From Octopus sinensis (Eukaryota), in assembly GCF_006345805.1 (NCBI RefSeq), contig NC_043010.1:36208001-36272000 (forward strand): a stretch of 64,000 nucleotides of DNA, written 5' to 3'. Below are positions 11,701-25,114 of this stretch, piece by piece (positions within the stretch are counted from its first letter, which is position 1; each line of letters begins with the position of its first letter). Below the pieces are notes generated by a model, which made no database searches, was not told the DNA's origin, and was given only the letters and a program-made list of their open reading frames with translations. Both the position numbers and the translations under genes were made by a program.

Positions 11701-13747
11701 TCTGCTCATGTGTGTTCCACTTCATGTGAAATTTAATCTTGTGTTGTAGAAGCAGTCAGAGTTCATTTAATTTTTCCAGCATACATTTAGTGTATGCATG
11801 ATTTTGAAAATTTTAACATTTTCTTGAATTGACTGATAACATAAACTTAACTATTCATGAGCTCTACTGTTGAGTTATATACATATAGTAAATATTCATC
11901 TACAGATGATGAAAAAAAAGCTTACATATACAGAAGCCTTAACTTAAGCTGGATTGCAAAATTCACCTTATGCTTTACATTGAACATTAAATTATTAGTA
12001 TAACTGAAGCAAAAAAAAGATAAGTTTCCAGATGGAAACAAAAACAAAAAAAAAATGAAAAAATGTGTAGTGAATGATACAACATTATAATGTATCATTT
12101 GATTTTTAGGAAACACTTCCCTCCCCACTCCACACTTCATTTCCAAAGATATAAAGGTCGAGTTGCTGGTCAGATTTGTGAAAGTCAAGGTCAAGTGTGT
12201 TTGTGAGTGAGTGAATGAGTGTGAGAGAGAAACAGTTATTTTAGTAATATTGATTTTTTTTTTATTTGGACACATTTTCAAATTTATAGTGAAAGTGTAA
12301 ATTGATCCCTCCCATAATATAAAAGCAAAGTTGCTTCAAATTCAGAACATAGAGGGATCACTGCTAGGTTAAAAATAACAGTAAAGATCTCTGTAAGATT
12401 GGCAGAAGGCCTCACAGTTTGAGAGAGGAATGTAGTCAATTTAATCAACTCCAGTATTTTAAATAATAGTAATAATAATTTTTTCTGCTATAGGCACGAG
12501 GCCTGAAATTTGTGGAGAGGGGACCAGTTGATTACATCGACTCCAGCGTTTCACTGATACTTAATTTATTGACCTCGAAAGGATAAAAGGCAAAGTTGAC
12601 CATGGCAGAATTTGAACTCAGAACAATAATCTTTTCTTCTATAGGTACAAAGCCTGAAAATTTTTTGTGGGGGGACCAGTTGATTAGATTGACCCCAGTA
12701 CACAACTGATACTTAATTTATCAACCATGAAAGGTAAAGTTGACCTCAGCAGAATTTGAACTCAGAACGTAAAGACAAGACAAAATACTGTTAAGCATTT
12801 TGCCAAGCATGCTAACAATTCTGCCAGCTCTGCTATGAGTTGGAAGAAATATCACTGGAAATTTTGTTTGTCACTTCAGAATTCTGCTACCATAATAATA
12901 ATAATAATAATAATGGTTTCAAATTTTGGCACTAGGCCAGCAGTTTTCTAGAGGAGGGAGTAAGTTGATTACATCAGTCTCAGTGTTCAACTGGTACTTA
13001 TTTTATCAACCCTGGAAGGATTAAAGGCAAAGTGAACCTCTGTGGAGTTTGAACTTGGGATGTAATGATAGAGAAAATGATACTATGCATTTTGCCTGGC
13101 GTGCTAATGGTTCTGCCAGTTCACTGCCTCAATAATAATAATAATAATAAGCTCCAGCATAGGTACAAGGCCAGAAATTTTGTGGAGGGGGTTTGATTAT
13201 CAACTCCGAGAAGGATGACAGGCAGAGTTGACCTGAGGAGGATTTTGAACTCAGAATGTAAAGAGCTGGAACTAGATACTACAAAACATTTTGTCCAATG
13301 TGCTAATGGTTCTGCCAATCTGCTGCCCTAAATAATATTTCTTTCTAATAATAACTCTGCCCTTAATAATAATAATAGTAATGATAATATAATGCAAATA
13401 GTTGTTTGTTGCTTAATTTTGGCATCTTACCCATTCCAGTCTGAATTGGTGTAGCGCAATTATTTGAGTGCCAATACTCCCACCCCAACCCTTCTCTCTC
13501 AATACAGAAGTTTAATGGGAGGATTAGAGCTCTGGACTACAAGTCTACAAAGCCGTGCATCAGTGGAACAGTCTTTTATTCTGCATGCCCCCCCTTCTCC
13601 TGCCTCTCTGTCGCTTATTCATTCGCAGTTGCGGTTGAAAGAGTCAATAGTTATAGATATTCATATTTCTGGAACTGTGTTGTTTGTGGGAAAGCAACTT
13701 AATTCTTAGTGACTCACCTCATTTAATTGTAGATAGACAGCGCTACA

Positions 13748-13775
13748 ATGAAGTACAGATTACTGCTCTGCGTTG
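13748..13775 (+). CDS. Candidate first coding exon of an unidentified secreted/membrane protein (MKYRLLLCV-)
   Basis: ATG at 13748, G|GTAAGC donor, upstream TTGTAG acceptor at 13732; phase-compatible with 15492-15528 to give a signal-peptide-like sequence. Confidence 0.35.
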
Positions 13776-14207
13776 GTAAGCGTCACTGAACAATCAATTG
13801 GTATTTTAGTTTGCCATGGTTATATTTATATACTCATTGTTGAGTTTTAGCTGAAGAGTTGGTTTGTACTTTCCATGACTGCTTTATTATTCATGACAAG
13901 GTCCTTCACTAGTGCTATAGACGTCCAGTGGTCTATAAGATTCCATATGTCTGTCCGTCCTTCTTTCTATCTATGTGCCTGTCTGTCCATCCGTCTTTCC
14001 ATCTATGTGCCTGTCTATCCATCCGGTTATCTGTCTGTCTGTATGTCTTTATCTGTCTGTCTGTCTGTCTGTCGGTCGTCTCTGTCTGTCAGTCTGTCCA
14101 TCCATTCATCTGTCCATCCTGTACTAATTTTGTGTGTAAAACGAAATAGTAGTTTTGGGTGTGCATGACATCTGTTTTTAAAAGTTTGAGGAATATAAAA
14201 ATCATAG

Positions 14208-14289
<82 letters not shown>

Positions 14290-14317
14290 AGGGAGGAGGA
14301 AGTGTTAGTTCCATAGT

Positions 14318-14413
14318 CTGTACTTCAGGAGGGTCATGCTACCAATTAAGACACACGCATAAGTTGGATTTCACTTGAATTTTAATTGGTAGCATGACCC
14401 TCCCAAACTACAG
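14318..14413. repeat. Isolated 96-nt hairpin (32-bp inverted repeat)
   Basis: CTGTACTTCAGGAGGGTCATGCTACCAATTAA pairs with TTAATTGGTAGCATGACCCTCCCAAACTACAG (29/32 identical to the reverse complement). Confidence 0.85.
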
Positions 14414-14532
14414 CAATATCTGTTCCAACACATGATTTCACACGAAGAGTCTTGTCAAAGAAATACAAAATTGAAATTATACCAACATCATAATCAGCTT
14501 TTCTGTGCTAGCATGGGTTGGTTGGTGACATG

Positions 14533-14563
<31 letters not shown>

Positions 14564-15491
14564 GCATATGTTTGTGTTTATGTGCGTTCATTATATATGT
14601 AAATATACACACGCACACACACATTTATGCATGTAAACATATCTTGATAATATCAAAAATTGACACCCTAATGTGTTGTGGTTCAGGCTGGGCTGTTCTC
14701 AACTCTGTATGTATATGTATACACTCACATACACATAATTGTATATGTCACATGCACCCGCAAGTACCTAATGAATTGATGAGATTTATATGAATACATT
14801 ATAATTTGTCAGAAAGGTGTGTTTGTTGTTCAGCGTGTAAAGAAGAGCACCATCCTTCAAATTGTTTTGTTTAAAGTGTATATACATAAAAGTCTACACA
14901 CCCACACACACACGCACAAATGTGTGTGTGTGTGCGTAAAATTTGGCAGTTTTGGTCTGAGATCAAGTGGCTGTGAAATGCAAATGAAAACAGAATGAAA
15001 ACAAATGCGAGGGATTGGGGCAATTTGTTCTATAAATATTTTTACAACATATGATTCTGGGAATGGGTGTTTCTGTAGACTTCAAACATTTTCCTCCAAA
15101 TGTCGAACTGTCTGAAACTGGCTGGACCTGCTGACATTATCCGGTTTTACTTTTTTTTCCAGCTGTATTTTCACAGCTAGCTAGGTTGGTTAGCTGTGCT
15201 ACTAGCATAGCGATTAGTTTAGCAGTACAGTGAGCTGAGTAAAATGTGGTCTTGCTTTGGATGCCTACATATATTCCTTCACCCTTCTCTGTGTGTGTGT
15301 GCGAGAGAGAGAAAGTTTGAGTGGAGGGCTGGAAGCTCAGTGCATTACTAGTGCAATGCTAGATTTTGAACTGATATTGTAGTTTTTGTTTTTACTTCTT
15401 TTCCTCTTTCTGCTCTTTTGCCTTGTTATTTGTTTCACTATCCCCCAGTGCCATTAAACAGAAATTGAATACAGTAGTGCTTGTTATGTAG

Positions 15492-15528
15492 TATGGCTGG
15501 TGGCAGTGATTGTGGAAGTGCTTTCTTT
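15492..15528 (+). CDS. Candidate second exon (-VWLVAVIVEVLS-)
   Basis: GTTATGTAG acceptor and TTT|GTGAGT donor; phase 1 entry yields MKYRLLLCVVWLVAVIVEVLS. Confidence 0.35.
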
Positions 15529-15562
15529 GTGAGTTATTACAGAATTATGGCAGAGCTGGCAC

Positions 15563-15581
15563 TGTGTGTGTGTGTGTGTGT

Positions 15582-15627
<46 letters not shown>

Positions 15628-15870
15628 CTGTGTATGTGTATGTGTGTGCATACCTGTGTGTATATGTGTGCATGCATATGTGTGACTGCATATATGTATG
15701 TGTATGTGTGTGTGCATGCATATGTGTGACTGTATATATGTATGTATGCATGCATGTGTTGTGTATGTATGTGTGGGTGTATGTGTATATTTGTGTGTGT
15801 TTAATGTGTGTGTACACACACACACACATACATATATACATACACACATACATATACAGAGAGAGAGAGA
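15563..15870. repeat. Compound (TG)n/(TA)n/(GA)n microsatellite tract
   Basis: Directly visible; source of the many His-Thr / Val-Cys ORFs. Confidence 0.95.
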
Positions 15871-18658
15871 GGAAGAAAGCATAGGATGATTTTATGTGGA
15901 AAGCGATATTGTTGTGGGGCAATTATACTGAGCCGGTACATGGTGATATCTAGTATAGATATGAGTTATTTAAATCCTATAGTAAAGTAAGATAAGCAAG
16001 TTCAGACTGGTGATTGATGGCACCAGTGTAAGAAGTCATCATCACGTTTCATCTCATCGCTCTCACTTCACCTCTCTTCCTGTCTTTGCAGCACTCCCTC
16101 TTCTGTTTCCATTCATCTTACCACCAAGTTACCCACCGCACTCACACTTAACACTTTGCGTGAACCTTCTTCGGAACTGCATCGGCGCTCTCCGTGTTCT
16201 CTCTCTCTTTTTTCTCACCTGCAACATTCCAAATTTGAACATTAACATTACATCTTTTATTTAGTGACTTTCATCTCCCCCAATTTATCTAAGATAGCCA
16301 GGAAAGGGTTTTAGGCTCTGCCCTTCCATTTCAAATGCCTCCTTGTCATTCTCTTCATTCTTTCCCACCCCCCACCATTAACATTGTTTTCTTTATACTT
16401 ATTTCTATTTTATTCACCTTCACATAATTGTCATTATTGTCCTCCTCTTCATCCTCGTTATCCTTACTGTCTTCTTGCTGCTTGTACCTATTGTCATTGT
16501 TGCCCTTTACATCTTCTCTTCTTGCTTAAGGAATAATAATAAAGTAATAATAAAAACTTGCAGTCTGATAATGTACTGCAACAAATGAGAATTTGCATGA
16601 TGTTACTTCCCAAGTTCTCATCATCATGATGAAGATGTGCCTATTGTTTGTTGATCAGGGCCTGCATCCACTGCTGTATCAAAAATAATATTACTTTCAT
16701 TACTTCATGTAGTTATCATCAGCATTATCAGTTATTGTTGGAGAAATATCTAACAATGAGTTATAACTGTGTTGTGTCTGTATGTGGGATGAATAGGTTT
16801 AAGTGTAATGGATTTAGGCTCTGTCTTATTGCTAAAGAGAAATAGATTCAGTTTCTCTGTTTTGCTTTCTGATTTAGTTTTAAGAATGGTTAATAATTGA
16901 TATTTGGAAAGGAAAAGATCACTTGCAAGAAGGTAATAGCCAATCTGCGTAGGTAGGAACTATGGGTTAATGGCTAAGTGACTGTATTTTTTTAGACTTC
17001 CTTGTACCAGGTTAGGGAGAATAGTAAAGAAAAACAGAAGAAAAACTAATATTGTTCATCTGGTATTTATTTAATCTTTTATTTGTCGAGAATAAATATC
17101 TGGCCTCTGTTTCTGCATAATGAGTGAAGGAAGGCATCATTGCACTCTGTCATTTACTTTTTACCTTTTGGTAAGAACAAAAAGAGAAAAAGAGAGAAGA
17201 AAAAAAAAAGGAAACCAAAATAAACTAGCAACCACTATGCAGTTAGATCACATGTTTCCTACTTAATCACTTAAAATCTATGTCTACAATAGGCTAAAAA
17301 TAAAATATTTTGGTGTGCTGAAATTATTTTTGTTTATTGTTTGAGAGCCAGTTCAACATTTGAAAATAATTAATACCTTCCATTTGAAAATGGGCATTAG
17401 AAACTCAAGTAGGACAATAGCGATCATAAAAATTAAATAGTCACGTTTCACTCAGGAAAGTTACTACAGGATTATTAAGAGGTGGTCGTTGTTGTTGGTG
17501 GCGGTGTTGGATAACTGAAGACTTTGTCTTCATGTATTTCTTGAGAAAGTTGGTATTGTGTAGGAGAGTTAATCTCTCTCCAGATCACGTCTGTTAGTAA
17601 GATTTGTGTTTGGTTCTGCAAGCTAACAAAACACCTACGAGTCTGCAAATTAAGCTTTCGCTTTGATATCCCAAAATCATTTCACTTTCCCTCTGATCAC
17701 TTTGTGAAAAGCATGAAATTCTCATAGCATTGTGCTTTTCCATTAATATATATCTGAATTTATGTCTATCTAACAAAGCAGTGCTACCTTCCATCATATT
17801 ATTGTTAAATGGACAGGGCCAATGGAAAATTATCTTGAGCATAGACACAAATGTTTCACAAGTGATGACACATACTAACATGTTATTGACTCAGCAAGCT
17901 AATGTTGCATTCTCTCTGGATATACAAATACTGGAGTAGCACTAGAGTCAATATGATTACTGACTCTGCATGCATATACTTGACCATGATATTTGATAGA
18001 GGGATAATGGTATAGCTGATTTGATTGACAAGTATACTGTTCTTATATTATTAAACTTTTGGAAAAATTAGATACCAGATGGAATTTGGAGTTAGTGAAG
18101 AGAAGGATGTATAAAAAGAAGAAAAACTTTAAGCGTTTATATAAACATATATTGTGGTACAATGTTGTAAAAATATGATGAAAATATATATCATACTTGA
18201 AAGGTGAAAATGATTCTGATGCAGGTAATTAATTAAAAAAAGAAATAAGATTTATTAATATCTTCATTTTTACTTAGTATATTTCCTTTTAATATGATTT
18301 TTTTCCCCTGAGGTTTTCCATTATTACATTTTGGTAAACCAGGTGGTGGGATGAATGCAGTCAGGTGATCTTAACAATCATCAGTTAACATTGGCATTGC
18401 TTAGTCTTGTACTATAAGGTATTTAAAATGTGGTGTCATGTCTGTTGGTTGTTCTTCAGAGCAGGTGTTTATCTCTGGTTTTAAGGTGAGAATCAGATGC
18501 AAAGAATATCTTCACACAAGGTAACATTCTCGGAGATAAAGCTATCTTTCTAGAAACAATAAAATGTCTGCAGCTGGATTTTAACTAGTGATCTGTGAAG
18601 ATGTAATCCAATATATTGAATCCATGTGGCCATTTTGCTTAGGAACAAGTAAAATCTG

Positions 18659-18878
18659 TTAACCCATAAGCATTTCAACCAGCCATATCCAGCTCAAATA
18701 TTCTACCTCTTTTATGTTCAAACCAATCAGATCTTGCTTCTCACACATACCCTACAATGTCATTTTAAAAATCAGCAATTACATCAAAATCTCCAAGCTG
18801 TGAGATAATGTATGATTAATTCAAAACAATGCAAGCATTACATTTGACCGAGTCATCTGAATGCTATGAAAGACATTA
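18659..18878. mobile_element. piggyBac-type MITE, second family
   Basis: TTAACCC start and degenerate ...GAATGCTATGAAAGACATTAA end; a related end GTAATCTGAATGCTAAAGGGTTAA occurs at ~47805-47828. Confidence 0.5.
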
Positions 18879-20519
18879 ACTTTGAGGAGTTGAGACACTC
18901 TTAAACCCAAACTATTCTCTGTTTGAAATCCATGCAAATTCCATTCTCCAAGCAAAACTGAAGCTTCAGCTTTATCATTCATGCTAAACATAAATCAGAG
19001 TTGGTGAGTTCAAGACTTAAACACACAGCTAGTCTTTGAGAAGAAGGTGAGAATTATGTCTTTATGTGTCTGAAGAGATGGTTGTTTGGATTGTCCCATG
19101 ATAATAATAATGGTTCCAAAATAGGCTTGGAACATTGATAAATTGAAAATCAAAACTTCTAAAATTAACTTTGGGGCGTCAGTGGAAAAGGAAATACGAC
19201 TTGAGTTACTGCTGTAGAGTGATTAACAAAACAGCTTTGTAAAGCACATACACACAAACACATCACATGCGTAGGTAGAAATACTCATCTGGTTTCTTTG
19301 CTTAATGTGAGAACTAGGTTAACAAATGCCAGTATAGGTTATTTGGTTGACTTATATTCATTAGTATAGGTAGGCCATTAAGCAACTAGAGCAAGGTCAT
19401 CAGGTCCTATCTCGGCTGGAAATGACATGGTGGTATGTGTGTGTGGCGATGGCAGTGTTAGTTGTACAGGATAAGATAGATTGGAGGAAGATTTGGTGAG
19501 AAATATAACAAAGAGGGGAAAACTATTTGAAAAATTAGGACAAGCTTGATTGGGAATGAAAGAGAAAGGGAGATGAAAGGAGAACATTATTGATCTTTTG
19601 GATCAATAAGTCAGATTATCATATCAGCCGCGTGTGCACACACGCACGTGTAGAACCACTGTCAACACGGAGGGGAGTAACTTGCAGTTATTGAATGGTA
19701 TGTTAATGATGGTGACATAGCATCACCACACTTAAAATCACCCAACCATCACACCTAACCTTCCAACTATTTCTCACAATACACCCAATAACCCCACCAC
19801 CTCATACCCAATTACAATCATATTGTCTAATTTCCTCAGACCCTGTTGTAACCCCCCCCCCAACATGAGTCCCACACTATACCTCATGTACAAATGCATC
19901 ATCCCTTTGGAGCTTCCTGCTCTTCATTTTCCTTCTCAACCACCAATAATAATTCAACCATACCAAATTGAACAATGATCTCACTTAATTATCATAGTGT
20001 TCTTTCACCACCAATCTTCTTCCCTTAACCTAATAAAATAAGATTAAAAAACAAAATTCTATAAACATTGCCTTTTCAGCCATTCTTTCTTTCAAACTAC
20101 TATCTATCATCATTGGTGATTTGAACTCTTTGTTTTCTTGTTGATTTCTGGATCCCCTCGGTGGGGGAAGACTACTCAAGGGTGAATTTTACTGTTGTTC
20201 TAGGAGGGCTTGAACTCAGTACTGCGAGTTAACAGAGTGCTCATTAATTATATTGTAGAAGTGTTCTCATTTCATATCAGTTGTGGCTGTACCCAATTAC
20301 AACAGAGGAGTAATGGTGTGCAAGTATTTGTTTTGCTTAGCGCTGGACAGCTCTGCCTGAGCATATCTTTGTAAAACAAAAGATAAGCTAAGCACTTTTT
20401 ATGTTATCAATTTGTCCTTAACCTTCCATTGTAACAGCTTGCTTCTATTTCATTAGTAAAGACAACAGGTGAATGGGTATAATCAGTAGAACATTGCACT
20501 GGGTATGTGTATCATTGTA

Positions 20520-20610
20520 GTGGGATGTTGTATGGGGAGGGGGAGTTATGTAATTATTTCCTAGATCTTGGAAGGGCTTTTAAGGGTTTGGTTCATCACA
20601 GAACTTAGCT
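20520..20610 (+). mobile_element. CR1/L2-like LINE reverse-transcriptase scrap
   Basis: FLDLGRAFKGLVHHR at 20558-20602 resembles the (Y/F)LDFxKAFDxVxHxR RT motif. Confidence 0.45.
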
Positions 20611-21529
20611 GATAGGCGGAGAGAGAGAGAGAGAGAGAGAAATAATATCTTCCTCTAATTTGGACATCATTCTATTACTGCCAATATTTCTCAAATGATC
20701 TGGTACCTATTTCTGATGAACTGAGTTAATGTAGAATTAGGAGTGCCGTCCAAGTACAGCAGGAAATACTTACTGTGGATTTAAGCTTATAGTCCAGAAG
20801 CAAATAGTCTCAATCCCTTTTTCACTTTATTCCTCTTCACCACTACTATGTTGCAATGAAAGCTATATTGTGTCTTCTAGAGATGGGAAGTAGATAGTAA
20901 TGTCAACTGTGACAAAGGGGCCTTTGTGATTACTTGATCTGGTAAATATAGCAGCTAAATCTCCTTTATAATACATCGTGCTGCCTTAAAGGAGAAGCTC
21001 ACATTGGGTTATGTGGTTTTAGATTAACACTATATGAAAAGTTTATTGGATGGTCATTGCTGGCATACTTGTGATCATAGGTGTTTGATGAAGGCTGACC
21101 TGAGACTAAATAACAACCATTATTTAAAAAAAGAAGGTAGGGAGGTTACTTGGCATTCTGGTCAATGCTGGGCATCATCTGTTTCAGTATCATATTGTCC
21201 ACTTTGTTGCGCATTGCTTAGATGTGTGGGAGGTACAGTGCAACTTTCAGTATGTTGTTGCATCACTTTCACTCTCTACTTTGATAAAAAAAATTTTATG
21301 GAAAGCTCTGATGGTAGCTGCAGCCATCTGCACTCTATATATGATAATCTCAATTCTTCAGGAATTCACTAAATGTTGTGGTAGCACACACACACACACG
21401 CAAACACACATGCACACACATTTCTATCTGACTGGATTAGCCGGGAGAAAGATAGTGACTTAAAGTTGATAATTATAATGATAATGGTGATGATGTTGAC
21501 ATTGATAAAATAAATTCTTCTTGATAGTG

Positions 21530-21533
<4 letters not shown>

Positions 21534-21614
<81 letters not shown>
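21534..21614. repeat. (AG)n microsatellite; representative of dozens of CA/TA/GA tracts in the window
   Basis: Directly visible; similar tracts at ~4056, 5702, 6460, 14238, 35285, 45405, 51888 and 59393. Confidence 0.95.
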
Positions 21615-21616
<2 letters not shown>

Positions 21617-22699
21617 TTCCAGAGTGTGTGTGTATATGTGTAAGAGAGAGATTTCAAAGAAAGATCTTTATTATTTATGAGGTGGCAAGGTGGAAAGGAA
21701 ATGGTGGTGGTGGTGTGGTGGTGGTGGTGGGTGCTGTGGGAAGATGGCATTTTTGCTGTATATTTCTTTGTTTTTCCTTTCACTCTTCACCTCTTATAAT
21801 GTGTCTGCATGATTCTCCTAAAATTAGTCACTAATGTTTTTTACTTCTGGTGTTTTGTAGTTTTTATGGAGACTAAGAGAGATGTATGTGTGTCACTAAC
21901 TGCATAGTCTGTATAAAGGAAGCCTCAAACTCCACAAATAAACTAATCCATGTTGTCAATGCATGCAAATTATATTATGCAAATTAGACAGACCAGTTTA
22001 GCTGAGTCCTTGTTTGTATACATTATAAATAGCTATAAGCTACTAATCACTTTGTGGATAAAAGTTGGATATTCTTTTTCTAATGAAGACTCGCAGCTAG
22101 TCAGAGTAATCTCGTTTGTTTTGTCATACAGCGATAAAATTTGGAATATAACTATCTTTTATCTCTTGCTTGTTTCAGTCATTAGACTGCAGCTATGCTG
22201 AAGAATTTTAGTTGAATAATTCGACCCCAGTACTTAATTTTTTAAAGCCTGATGCTTTGCAGCTCAGCAGAAGAGACTCATAGATAAGCTAGGGAGAGGT
22301 AAACACACCGATACAGGTTGTCAAGCGGTGTTGGGAGACAAACACAGATGCAAAGTCACACACACACACATATATATATTTGGGCTTCTTTCAGTTTCCA
22401 TCTGCCAAATCTACTTACAAGGCTTTGGTTGGCCTGGGGCTATAGTAGAAGACACTGGTTGCCCAAGGTGCTGTACAGTGGAACTGAACCTGGAACCATG
22501 TGGTTGGGAAGCAAACTTCTTACCACAGAGCCATGCTATAATTATACTATTTTTTTCTCTAAAAATGATGAATTAATTAATGAAATCTTTGTCAAATAGT
22601 TCAGTTATTATAATGTGTAGTTGACTTGTGGGATTCAAAGAACACCATAACAGTATCAACATCACCAAACATGACGAGTCAATGACGAAGCCCCTTTGT

Positions 22700-22954
22700 C
22701 ATTGGTTCTCTACCAGGTTCCATTTGACCTTTGAGGGGGTGGTGGTCTATATAAGATTTTGTTGTTAAAATTTATGTGCAATAAATTGATTATTTTTCTA
22801 CAATACACAAAATTTTTTAACAATATTTTTAAACACGATTCCTAATAATATTAAAAATATAACAAATTTTAAAACATCAAATCGCTAGGGGGCGTCTATC
22901 CAGGTAAAATAGGAACCAAAGAGACCCATAGAAAAATGTGGTTGGGAACCACTG
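22700..22954. mobile_element. hAT-type MITE
   Basis: Ends CATTGGTTCTCTACC and GGTTGGGAACCACTG (CAGTGG-type TIRs); no clear TSD. Confidence 0.55.
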
Positions 22955-23332
22955 CTCTATATTGTTACTTAGCCCATTAGAAATAGCAGCTAAAATTTCT
23001 CTCGAATTGCATGCATTGGATAATTTAGAATAATATAAACTATAAAAAGGTGTGGTTACAGTGAGAATACTTTTGATTAATAGGCCTGCTTAATCAGGGC
23101 TGATCTGCAACAAAACATCATCATTAGCATTGCTAACCAATGGCACTATTATCAACACCACTAACAGACAACGATGAGACCACAATTAAGTCTCATTGCC
23201 ACAATTAACTCCTTTTATACAGTATTTCTAATGAAATACATTACACGCTCTACATGTGTGATAAAATCATTATTGAAAATTGTCAAGAATTTTAATGCAT
23301 TTAGTAAAATAAGTTTTTTTTTTTATTATTAA

Positions 23333-23729
23333 CTAGCAGTATCGCCCGGCATTGCTCGGGTTTGTCAGGGAAATAACTATATAAGCATTTTTAGAGAGTT
23401 ATAGCAAAAAAATAGCAAAAAAATGCATTAAAAATGGAAAAAAAATGATGGTAAATTTTTTTTTTAATCGTTGACTCATCGTAGACATTTTTAGAGAGTT
23501 ACTTCCCTTATATAATAGCGAAAAAATGCATTAAATGGAAAAAAATTACGGTAAATTTTTTTTTAAATCGTAGACTCATTGTAGACGCGCGCTAATACCC
23601 AGAAGGGCTCAATATGAATCACGACTATAAGATACCCGGTTTTGGTTAAACTGCACTGCAAAATGTGGGAGTAGTTAGGAATCTAAATCGTATGAGACAG
23701 ACACACAACTTGACTTTTATATACAAAGA
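23333..23729 (-). mobile_element. Non-autonomous Helitron with intact termini
   Basis: Minus strand begins TC, ends CTAG, has subterminal hairpin CCCGAGCAATGCCGGG, and sits between A and T with no TSD. Confidence 0.85.
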
Positions 23730-24970
23730 TAAACTAATGTTTGGAACATCATCATCCTCATCATTTCATGTCTGTTTTCCGTACTGGCATAGGTTGGATA
23801 GCTTGACAGGAGCTGGCCCATCAGAGGGCTGCACCAGGCTCTGGCTGTCTGTTTTGGCATGGTTTCCACAGCTGGATACCCTTTCTAATACCAGCCACCT
23901 TACAGAGTGCACTGGGTGCTTTTTACGTGGCACTGGCACCTAATTTGGATTTTTAAATGAAAGACTGAGAGATAATCTGAAGCAGTCTGTAAATCCTACC
24001 AACACCATGATGAAACAACTCTCTGACCAGTGCCACTAACAAATCTCACTGCCAGACACCAATGACACTAATCAACATCATTGCTATTTACTAGTGATAG
24101 GGCCATTATCTTTTTAGTTAGTCAGTCGGTTGGTCAACTCATTCGGCTCACTATGACAATCAAATTCTACAAGTTTATAAAATGAAGGGCCATATTTATT
24201 ACATTATCTTAGTAGGAGCAACTGTTACACATACACACATGAGATGGAATTCTCTGCCAGACTATCTGACCGATTTGGCAAATCATCATTTTGTAACATA
24301 CAACAACCATTTGCACACTGACATGTTGTTTAATTACCCCCCCCCCTGCTCCCATCTCTGATTTTGTTACTACAATGATTCCTACTCCTCTGAACTTGTA
24401 AACTGTATACCACCACCATCATCAACACCATAGCAGCCAAAATATCCTTTAAAACACACCCTTTCATCTTTAAAAAAAAATGTATTAGTTAATGTAGTCA
24501 TATAAAGTATCTCAAGAAAAAGGTTAATTACATCTGAAATGTTTTAAATCACAGGTTACTCTGCTTTTTTAGGGCTCAACTTAGGGCTAAACAATAACAC
24601 CAACCTAATTTACCTGACTCTTCTTTTCTCATCATGTCTACAAGTTTCATCTTCCAAACTCTGGATACAACACTTTACCAAAACCTTTGTCCCTTAAACT
24701 GAAACCTCATGAAGATCCTTTCTAGCCCCCATCTGTTCACTCATTAACTTCAAGCTGAGTGTTAATCACATTAGCTTCACTAGTGTGGGAGGCCCTAAAA
24801 ATATTTAAGACTGCCTTTTCCTCCACATACTAAAATGTTTAAAAAAAAAATTTTTTTTTAAAGTGTTGCTATTTTCTGATTTGATGTCATGCTCCATATT
24901 AAGGATGGCTTGACCATAGTTAGAAAACTGGGGGGCAGGGGATACTTTTACATTAATAATCACTTTGCAT

Positions 24971-25114
24971 GCAGTGCCATGTAAAAGTGCCGGTGCAGTG
25001 TCACATATAAGCATCCGTGCGGTGTCAAGTAAAAGTGTCTGTGCGGTGTCAAGTAAAAGTGTCTGTGCAGTGTCACGTAAAGGCATATGTGCAGTGCCAG
25101 GTAAAAGCACACAG
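24971..25114. repeat. 24-bp minisatellite (6 units) inside an interspersed repeat
   Basis: Units of the form GC(A/G)GTG(T/C)CA(A/C/T/G)GTAAAAG...GT; two adjacent units are identical. Confidence 0.85.

Noticed and set aside
13809-13822. RFX X-box-like GTTGCCATGGTTAT
   Set aside because: Two mismatches in the second half-site and no supporting context.
15481-15922. Cluster of 60-132 aa ORFs rich in HT/VC repeats (likewise at 35.1, 45.9 and 51.8 kb)
   Set aside because: Translations of (CA/TG/TA)n microsatellites, open on both strands and in several frames.
16040-16260. Strong-looking acceptor and open frame (TPSSVSIHLTTK...)
   Set aside because: No donor before the stop; sequence loosely resembles a decayed LINE 3' end.
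16700-16735. Other CTGANGA...GAA words (minus ~16.73, ~31.94, ~45.82 kb; plus ~20.72, ~36.17 kb)
   Set aside because: Stems I-III do not form or GAAA/NUH is missing; expected by chance in AT-rich DNA.
24971-25114. Possible CRISPR-like array (also 41658-41960)
   Set aside because: Contiguous tandem units without unique spacers in eukaryotic DNA; these are minisatellites.
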